This document shows, one piece after another, positions 57,285-64,000 of a DNA stretch of 64,000 bases (positions are counted from its first letter, which is position 1; the number at the start of each line of letters is the position of its first letter). Made by a program: the position numbers and the translations under genes. The DNA is from a virus: the IMG/VR virus record IMGVR_UViG_3300009126_000404, positions 1 to 64,000 of that record; one strand, written 5' to 3'. Under the pieces are notes generated by a model, which searched no databases, had not been told where the DNA came from, and saw nothing but the letters and a program-made list of their open reading frames with translations.

Positions 57285-57920
57285 ATGACAACAAACATAA
57301 AACATGTTGGAAAATTGTCCAACACAGGTAAAAAAGTAGTAGTGGTATTCAGAGAATTACCGGACGAACCAAATCAATGCTTAGTAGTAGATACTGATGC
57401 ACTTCCTGATTGGTTCCACGATGATATTATGAGTGCCGTAGAATCACCTAGTGCTCAGGCAAGTACTGATTTTTATCAGTATGCTGAACGTTCAGTTCTT
57501 ACTGATGGAACAAATATGTTACAGGCATTACATTCTACAGGTAGGTTGCAAAAAACACCTACTGACAATGTTAAAATGACACCTAACAATTCAATTGCAG
57601 TTGGATTAACGGAAATTAATAATATTGTACGTGAAGAAAATAGTGGTAAAGCAGTAGTTCAACCACCAACAGATGAAATTAATATGGCAGGTAAAGATCT
57701 TACACCTGCACCTAGTTCAGTTATGGAAAGTACTGCTAGAGCTAAAGACGGTCTTAACGATACTGATTTAGCCAAAAACTTATTAGCACAGGCTAAAGGA
57801 TATGAAACAGAAGCAAAGAGCTTAAAAGCTCAAGCATATGATTTAGCTCCTGGTTTAAAACCTGGCCCTAAAAAAGCAGTCGCTAAGACGGAACCTGAAG
57901 TTGAAACTGCTTCAGAATAA
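57285..57920 (+). CDS. conserved phage hypothetical protein
   Basis: KHVG...VVVVFRELP...LHSTGRL; AAGGAG RBS. Confidence 0.7.
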   Translation: MTTNIKHVGKLSNTGKKVVVVFRELPDEPNQCLVVDTDALPDWFHDDIMSAVESPSAQASTDFYQYAERSVLTDGTNMLQALHSTGRLQKTPTDNVKMTPNNSIAVGLTEINNIVREENSGKAVVQPPTDEINMAGKDLTPAPSSVMESTARAKDGLNDTDLAKNLLAQAKGYETEAKSLKAQAYDLAPGLKPGPKKAVAKTEPEVETASE

Positions 57921-57960
57921 TTGTTTTAAATAAATACAATAACAATTAAAAGGAATCCAC

Positions 57961-58254
57961 ATGCCGATAGAACGAAAGGACAGATCATTTGATCTGATCT
58001 TTGACCAGGTATCTATGGATCATGTTCCAGCCCAATACATCAAAGAAGTTAGGGTAGATTTAGGTACTGGTGAAAGAATAATACTAACAAAAGCAGATCT
58101 TCTGTTGATTAAGAATAAATCAGCAGATGAGATCATCAAAGCTCTCACTGTTGACTCAATGTCTAACATCAGTTTAAAGTTAGACTACGCCGCTATTAAA
58201 AAAGATGTAATTCGCGGAGTAACCGGTTTCTTGGGAAAACACTTTGACAAATAA
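57961..58254 (+). CDS. hypothetical protein
   Basis: 97 aa; AAGGA RBS; ATAAATA upstream. Confidence 0.65.
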   Translation: MPIERKDRSFDLIFDQVSMDHVPAQYIKEVRVDLGTGERIILTKADLLLIKNKSADEIIKALTVDSMSNISLKLDYAAIKKDVIRGVTGFLGKHFDK

Positions 58255-58921
58255 TGTTTGGTTATGTGGAATACCAGGAAGTAGATGGAGCGGCATTGAT
58301 ATACAAATACGTTCCATTCTGCCTTGCGATAGAACAGACGAAACTCCTGAAAGAACTTTCTATCATAGAGCATATAACCCAAAAGACAAAAACAATGGTC
58401 ACCGAGGAAGTTATTGGGGACCTGGACAAGGGTGTGGTGAAGACTGGATAGACTTTAACCATTTAACAAAAGACAAAATTCAAACAGACATCAATAACGT
58501 ATTCTCTGGTACAGGGTATAGAGTTATTAAATGTCATTTCTTAGCAAGAAAATTCAACTTAGACTATATATGGAATAACTTTCCGGGCGATTACATTGTC
58601 CTAATATATAGAGAACCCCAAAAATCATTTGCATGGTGGAGCGAAGTCATGGACTTTGCCCCAGACCATTATCCTGACTATAGGCCTGGCTATACAGACT
58701 ATAACACTATGCGTAAATTGTTATGGAAAGAGTCAGCTAAAATTACAGATTTTGCAATACGTAAAGGACTTAAATTTAAACCTTATGACATAGCAGAGTT
58801 TGATCAATGGGAAGGATTTGATCATTCCAAGGCATTTGAATTTGACTTTGATAAGATAAATAACGTTAAGTACAACGATGTTTATATAGCATCAAGTCAA
58901 ATATCAAGACTGTTGGAGTAA
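58244..58921 (+). CDS. sulfotransferase/P-loop-like protein
   Basis: WLCGIPGSRWSGI resembles the PAPS-binding loop; VIKCHF; VLIYREP; TTG start. Confidence 0.5.
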   Translation: MTNNVWLCGIPGSRWSGIDIQIRSILPCDRTDETPERTFYHRAYNPKDKNNGHRGSYWGPGQGCGEDWIDFNHLTKDKIQTDINNVFSGTGYRVIKCHFLARKFNLDYIWNNFPGDYIVLIYREPQKSFAWWSEVMDFAPDHYPDYRPGYTDYNTMRKLLWKESAKITDFAIRKGLKFKPYDIAEFDQWEGFDHSKAFEFDFDKINNVKYNDVYIASSQISRLLE

Positions 58922-58925
58922 ATTC

Positions 58926-59630
58926 ATGTCATCACCCTTTAAAACACCTTGGCACTTTGACAACTTTAAAGTAGACAACGAAGGTGAGTACGTTAAAATA
59001 ATAGGACAATTCCAAGGCGATTGGGATGATGATGTTAGAAATGCTAGGTTGTTAGGATTAAGTACAAAAAAATATAATAAACAATCATACGAACATGCGG
59101 CTAATAAACCATCAGCTAATCATGAAATGGAAGATGCTGAAAATTTATATGGACAACCAGATGCACCTATTTTTGAAAAAATGGATATAACTGACTATCC
59201 TGGTAAGTTACCTGCATTTGAAAAAATAATTGATTCTGTAAAAATTGATACAACAAAATCGTTTACATTTAAGTTTCACGATCAATTGCCAAACCAGCAA
59301 CTAATGTGGCACATTGATAATCTTCCTGGTAATCCTCGTAAGGAACGAGTAATTGATAATCCAGACTTTAAGTATCAAGATCCTAATATGGTTCGTTTTT
59401 TAATTATGTTAAATGATTGGGAGCCAGGACAAGTAGTACAGTTTGGCAGTATAGTTTATACCCAATGGAAAAAAGGAACTGCTATTACATGGGAATGGTC
59501 AACTTTACCACATATTACATGGAATGGATCATGGGAACGTAGACCAGCTTTACAATTAACAGGATATGCTACAGAAGCAACATGGAATCTTATTACAAAA
59601 GGAAATAAAGATTCTATATATAAAATTTAG
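58926..59630 (+). CDS. 2OG-Fe(II) oxygenase-like (AspH/cupin-type) protein
   Basis: WHIDN (HxD), VRFLIML, LPHITWN, RPALQLTG. Confidence 0.65.
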   Translation: MSSPFKTPWHFDNFKVDNEGEYVKIIGQFQGDWDDDVRNARLLGLSTKKYNKQSYEHAANKPSANHEMEDAENLYGQPDAPIFEKMDITDYPGKLPAFEKIIDSVKIDTTKSFTFKFHDQLPNQQLMWHIDNLPGNPRKERVIDNPDFKYQDPNMVRFLIMLNDWEPGQVVQFGSIVYTQWKKGTAITWEWSTLPHITWNGSWERRPALQLTGYATEATWNLITKGNKDSIYKI

Positions 59631-59639
59631 AGAATAACT

Positions 59640-61061
59640 ATGGCAGAAAATAAATTACCAAGTGATACTTTTTGTATATTACCATGGATTCATTTAAGCA
59701 CTAGACCTGACGGAAGTATGAGAGTATGTTGTACTGCAAATGCAAGTGCTGTAGGAGCCACAAATGATAAACTATATGGTGGTAGAGTAGGAATTGTTAA
59801 AACTGATGATGGCATTCCAGCAAATCTTAATAACAGCGACTTAAACAGTTCATGGAATAATAGTTATATGCGGAATGTTCGTAACCAAATGTTAGCTGGT
59901 GGAAAACCTGCTAGTTGTTTAAAATGTTATAAAGAAGAAGCCGCAGGACATAGATCAAAAAGACAATGGGAAACAGATTATTGGATAAGAGATGGAATTG
60001 ATGTAGACGAACTTGTTAAAGAAACATACGAAGATGGGTCAACAGATAGCAAATTACGTTATATTGATATCCGTATGGGTACTAAATGCCAGCTAGGTTG
60101 TATTATGTGTAGTCCACATGATTCAAGTGGTTGGGTTAAAGATTGGAATGCATTATATCCACAAATTACAAATGAGTCATTAAAAGAAACAATGACCTGG
60201 GAAGATAAAGGTAAGCAGTTTGGTGCTAATTATAACTGGCATAAAAATAATCCTACATTTTGGACACAGTTTTACGCACAAATTCCTTACATTAGACAAT
60301 TATACTTTGCAGGTGGTGAATCAACTGTTATTGAAGAACATTACACAATACTATCTAAAGTTATTGAAATGGGTTATGCAGATCAAATTGAAGTACGTTA
60401 TAACTCAAATGGTGTTGAACTTCCTGATCGTTTACTAGAACTATGGTCACACTTCCAAAAAGTACGTTTCCATTATAGTATTGACAGCATTGGTGCAATG
60501 AATGATTATATTCGTTACCCAAGTGAATGGGAACATCAACTTGAGATGTTCAAACGTTTAGACACACAAACATCTAACAATGTAGAAGTTACAATTGCAT
60601 GTGCTGTAAATGCCTTAAACATTCATTACATTCCAGATTTCCTAAAATGGAAATTACAACATGGATTTAATAAAACAAATATGTGGCCATTTGGTGCAGG
60701 AGGTATTAACTACCACTTTGTATACTGGCCAGGACACTTAAACGTTAAGATACTTCCTAACGATTTCCTAGACAAAACAGAAGCCAAGTATGAAGAATTT
60801 ATTAAATGGTGGAAAGAGAATTGGGAACTAGGTGTTCCAAGTTGGCATAAAGGTAAAGTAGATTACCAAACATGGGAAAATGCAAGTTATGGTATTAAAC
60901 GTTTAAGAGGAATGATTAGTTTTGCTCGTAGTGAAGACTGGAGCAGACGACTTCCAGAATTTAGAGAATATATTAATAAACTAGACAAATTGCGTGGAAC
61001 AGATTTCCGTGCAACATTTCCTGATATGGCATACTTGTTAGACGAACCTGATGAAAAATAA
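59640..61061 (+). CDS. radical SAM protein with N-terminal twitch-type domain
   Basis: FCILPW...VCC...CLKC; CQLGCIMC; FAGGE; YNSNG. Confidence 0.9.
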   Translation: MAENKLPSDTFCILPWIHLSTRPDGSMRVCCTANASAVGATNDKLYGGRVGIVKTDDGIPANLNNSDLNSSWNNSYMRNVRNQMLAGGKPASCLKCYKEEAAGHRSKRQWETDYWIRDGIDVDELVKETYEDGSTDSKLRYIDIRMGTKCQLGCIMCSPHDSSGWVKDWNALYPQITNESLKETMTWEDKGKQFGANYNWHKNNPTFWTQFYAQIPYIRQLYFAGGESTVIEEHYTILSKVIEMGYADQIEVRYNSNGVELPDRLLELWSHFQKVRFHYSIDSIGAMNDYIRYPSEWEHQLEMFKRLDTQTSNNVEVTIACAVNALNIHYIPDFLKWKLQHGFNKTNMWPFGAGGINYHFVYWPGHLNVKILPNDFLDKTEAKYEEFIKWWKENWELGVPSWHKGKVDYQTWENASYGIKRLRGMISFARSEDWSRRLPEFREYINKLDKLRGTDFRATFPDMAYLLDEPDEK

Positions 61062-62295
61062 TAAAACAAACACACAATCTCTAGAAGATTTACCAACGAA
61101 AAGTTATTGCGTATTACCATGGACTGCAACAGCAATAGGAGCAGAAGGCCTAGTCGTGCCTTGTTGTAGATGGTTTTCTCAAGAAGATAGATGGATAGAT
61201 GATAATCCACCAAATATTGCAGACGGTCTTACAAACGCCAGAAACAGTGAATTTTTCCAAACAATAAGGCAACAAATGATTGACGGAGAACACCCAAGAG
61301 GTTGTAAGAGGTGTTGGGACGAAGAAGAAAAAGATGTAGGTAATAGAGCAATGCATAGAGTAGGTCAACAACAAAGATTTTCCGATGAGTCACCATATGG
61401 TAGAATAATCGAAATTACTGATAAGCCAGCCAAACTACGACATTTAGAAACTGGCATAAGTAGCCTTTGTAACTTTTCATGTGTAATGTGTATTCCGGAA
61501 AACAGTAGTATAATACATAGTATTCTAAAGCCAGGTAAAAAAATACCCAAAGGGTTTCACAAAGACAATGAAAACATTGATGATGATTTATCTGAATTAC
61601 AATTATTAAAATTAGTAGGTGGCGAACCTATGATTGAAGCGAAACACGATGAACTATTAGAAAAAATTATTGAATTAAATAATGACCCTGGAAATTTAGA
61701 AATACAGTATCATACTAATGTGAGTGTATTTCCAAGCAACAGAGTAATTAATTGTTGGAAGAAATTGAAAAAAGTTGAACTAGTGTTAAGTATAGATGGC
61801 ATTGGAAAATTAGCCACATTACAAAGACCAGGCAATTATAAGTGGCAAGATATAGAAGATACAATAAATAAATATATACAATTAACTAGTGAAGTTAACA
61901 TTGTATTTTCTACCAACGTTGTTCTTACTGCATTAAACATAGGACAGATAATAAATATATGTGAGTGGCTATATAATAAAGTAGAAAAACATACTTCAAT
62001 GGGTTTTGCTTTCCTACAACCAATTGATAAACAACCTTACTCAACTTATATAGATTTTAGAAATTTAAGCAAAGAAACAAAAGAACGAATAAAAAAAGAA
62101 TGGGCAGATTGGGAAGCCACTAATCCACCTGTATTAAACACTGTTTTAAAAGACCTACTAATAGACGCAAAAGGCTATATAGACGAAAAAGGAATTTTAA
62201 ACGAACCATTAACAAAAGAACTAATGTTAGAAAAACATCCTAATGCTAGATTATGGAAACACTTTAACGAAGATTTAACAAATTTGGAGATATAA
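61051..62295 (+). CDS. radical SAM protein with N-terminal twitch-type domain (paralog of 19430)
   Basis: YCVLPW...PCC...CKRC; CNFSCVMC; VGGEP. Confidence 0.88.
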   Translation: MKNNKTNTQSLEDLPTKSYCVLPWTATAIGAEGLVVPCCRWFSQEDRWIDDNPPNIADGLTNARNSEFFQTIRQQMIDGEHPRGCKRCWDEEEKDVGNRAMHRVGQQQRFSDESPYGRIIEITDKPAKLRHLETGISSLCNFSCVMCIPENSSIIHSILKPGKKIPKGFHKDNENIDDDLSELQLLKLVGGEPMIEAKHDELLEKIIELNNDPGNLEIQYHTNVSVFPSNRVINCWKKLKKVELVLSIDGIGKLATLQRPGNYKWQDIEDTINKYIQLTSEVNIVFSTNVVLTALNIGQIINICEWLYNKVEKHTSMGFAFLQPIDKQPYSTYIDFRNLSKETKERIKKEWADWEATNPPVLNTVLKDLLIDAKGYIDEKGILNEPLTKELMLEKHPNARLWKHFNEDLTNLEI

Positions 62296-62871
62296 ATGAA
62301 ATATTTACTAGTTGCACTTGAAACAGAGGTGCCAAACATTGAATTACCAGATGATTATACATTAATGATTACAGGCGTAGGTAAAGTAAATGCTACTGTA
62401 ATGGCTACTTTTGCAGCTCTCAACAAAGACTGCGAATGTATTATTAATTATGGAACAGCAGGAACTTTTAATCCTGATTTAGTTGGCAAACTATACAGAA
62501 TTAGCACAGTCAAACAGCGAGATATGGATGCTCGTCCAACATCACCATTAGGAATTACACCATACGAAAACACAAAATTTAATGGTGACTTGCAAATTTA
62601 CAAAGGAAGTAAATTTACATTAAGCACAGGCGATAACTTTGTAAAAGAAAAGCCTGAAATAAAAAGTGATTTCGTAGACATGGAAGGTTATGCTATCGCA
62701 AAAACAGCAGGTATGTTTAACAAGCCATGTATAATGCTAAAATATGCAAGTGACTTAGCTGATGAACAATCGCCAGAAGAATGGCAAGCCAATCAAGCCA
62801 AAGGAAAAGATATGTTTCTAGCATGGCTGTCAGATATGGAAAAGGAAATTCAAAAACTAAAAGATGAGTAA
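62296..62871 (+). CDS. mtnN: MTA/SAH nucleosidase (Pfs/PNP_UDP family)
   Basis: ITGVGKVNA, INYGTAG, LSTGDNF, VDMEGYAIA, KYASDLAD. Confidence 0.8.
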   Translation: MKYLLVALETEVPNIELPDDYTLMITGVGKVNATVMATFAALNKDCECIINYGTAGTFNPDLVGKLYRISTVKQRDMDARPTSPLGITPYENTKFNGDLQIYKGSKFTLSTGDNFVKEKPEIKSDFVDMEGYAIAKTAGMFNKPCIMLKYASDLADEQSPEEWQANQAKGKDMFLAWLSDMEKEIQKLKDE

Positions 62872-64000
62872 AAACGATTCAGGCTTTTGTGCATTACCAT
62901 TTGTGCAATATAGCACCTATAACGGAGGCCGTTTTAGGCTATGTTGTATGGCTAAGGAACCTAAAGAACTTGTTAATCAAGAAGAACTAGGCATAGATGG
63001 TACATGGAATCATAATTATATAAAAGATGTAAGACGTAGAATGACTGCTGGTGAGAAACTACCAGAATGTATTGAATGTCATCATTTAGAACGTAACGAC
63101 ATAATGAGCTCACGCCAATGGGAAAACAAAGTGTGGGCAGATGTTATTGACGATGTAGTAGCCAAGGCATCCGTTAATGATTGGGAGATTGATCAACCCT
63201 TACAATTTGATTTTAGACTTGGTAATTTATGCAATTTGCAGTGTCAAATGTGTAACAAAGAAGCATCTCACTTAGTGAGTGTGGAACGTGCGGCAATGGT
63301 ACAAAGCGGACTCGGAGCGAACCATCCTGATTGGGACGGCATGATTGCAGACAAAAAAGAAGCATTACTTCAACCAGGAATAGAATGGGAAAGTTTCGAA
63401 AGAATGCTACCATATGCTCGTAAGATAAAGTTAATAGGTGGTGAACCAACAGTAGCGGCTGATATGTTCAAGTTGTTAGATATTGCTACTGAAACTGGAC
63501 ATGCAGATCATATAGAATTAAGTTTTTATACAAACATTACTAATATGCAAGACAAATGGCTTAACCAGTTAGCCAAGTTTGAAAAAGTAATTGTTAATTG
63601 CTCATTGGAAGGAATGGGAGATATGAATGACTATCTAAGACCCCCTTCCAAATGGGCTTCTGTTTGGAATAACTTTGATAAGTTAGTAAAGTTTTCTGAT
63701 ACTAAAGAAGGTAAACGTATAAAGCCTCGGGTTACTACAGTAAACCAATTAACTAATGCATTACATACAACAAAATTTTGGAAGTATATGCATGATTACC
63801 AAATGACTAGTAATAGAGGTATTGGAATGAGTTCCAATCAATTAGTGGAGCCAAACTATTATAGTATGGCATATGCTCCTGATTGGTTAAAATGGGAACA
63901 ACGTGAGCAAATTTTAGAATTCCTCGACAGTATTAAAGATAGTCCACATTTTAAGCAGTACGAAGAACCTCTTATGGAAATTGTTAATTTTAGTCTTGAT
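62864..64000 (+). CDS. radical SAM protein with N-terminal twitch-type domain, 3'-truncated by the window end
   Basis: Not in the ORF track (no stop); read by hand: MSKNDSGFCALPF...LCC...CIEC, LGNLCNLQCQMC, LIGGEP. Confidence 0.88.
   Translation, partial: MSKNDSGFCALPFVQYSTYNGGRFRLCCMAKEPKELVNQEELGIDGTWNHNYIKDVRRRMTAGEKLPECIECHHLERNDIMSSRQWENKVWADVIDDVVAKASVNDWEIDQPLQFDFRLGNLCNLQCQMCNKEASHLVSVERAAMVQSGLGANHPDWDGMIADKKEALLQPGIEWESFERMLPYARKIKLIGGEPTVAADMFKLLDIATETGHADHIELSFYTNITNMQDKWLNQLAKFEKVIVNCSLEGMGDMNDYLRPPSKWASVWNNFDKLVKFSDTKEGKRIKPRVTTVNQLTNALHTTKFWKYMHDYQMTSNRGIGMSSNQLVEPNYYSMAYAPDWLKWEQREQILEFLDSIKDSPHFKQYEEPLMEIVNFSLD

Noticed and set aside
58244-58272. TTGACA as a possible promoter
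   Set aside because: No -10 hexamer at 16-18 bp; the TTG is better explained as a start codon.
58254-58451. 65-aa + strand ORF starting at a TAATG overlap
   Set aside because: It lies wholly inside the 225-aa sulfotransferase-like frame, which has a TTG start with GGGA upstream and a motif at its N-terminus; the short ORF has no motif. Not fully excluded.
1-64000. Bacterial chromosome interpretation (metK, folE, galE, tdk, cspA, transporters)
   Set aside because: Single-strand dense packing, phage clamp and RNase H, incomplete transporters, many phage-type small genes and no housekeeping operons point to a phage, although no capsid or terminase gene is in the window.
1-64000. tRNA, rRNA, CRISPR array, intron/intein, transposase or stop-codon reassignment
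   Set aside because: No cloverleaf, repeat-spacer array, intein or transposase motif recognised by eye; known enzymes are full length under the standard code and TAG acts as a stop (e.g. queD). tRNAscan/Infernal would be needed to exclude RNAs.

Overview
An AT-rich window in which every credible gene (about 95) lies on the + strand, densely packed with TAATG/ATGA overlaps and no rRNA, tRNA, CRISPR or transposase recognisable. It reads as part of a large T4-related (probably jumbo) tailed-phage genome: gp45-like sliding clamp, T4 RNase H-like 5'-3' nuclease, DEDDh exonuclease, thymidine kinase, MoxR AAA + VWA pair, near-consensus sigma70 promoters and T4-late-like TAAATA boxes. Several small conserved genes remind me of RaK2/GAP32/Atu_ph07-type jumbo phages and their aquatic relatives; that is recall, not a search. 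The cargo suggests a marine proteobacterial host (inference). The accessory load is unusual: (i) a 7-deazaguanine system (TGT/DpdA-like transglycosylase beside the clamp, FolE, QueD, a second QueD-like protein, QueE, no QueC in the window) interleaved with a GT-B glycosyltransferase, GalE, UDP-sugar dehydrogenase and a PRTase; (ii) 11 radical SAM genes (10 besides QueE, 6 with an N-terminal twitch-type Cys domain) together with MetK and a Pfs nucleosidase; (iii) a ProX/ProW transporter followed by two TauD-family paralogs, an adenylating enzyme, a radical SAM, a nitroreductase and a methyltransferase; (iv) TctA/TctC transporter genes; (v) a three-gene exported module with a nine-unit Cys/Tyr repeat protein; (vi) exported S8 and HtrA proteases. 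All product calls come from reading motifs by eye; no database search was run.
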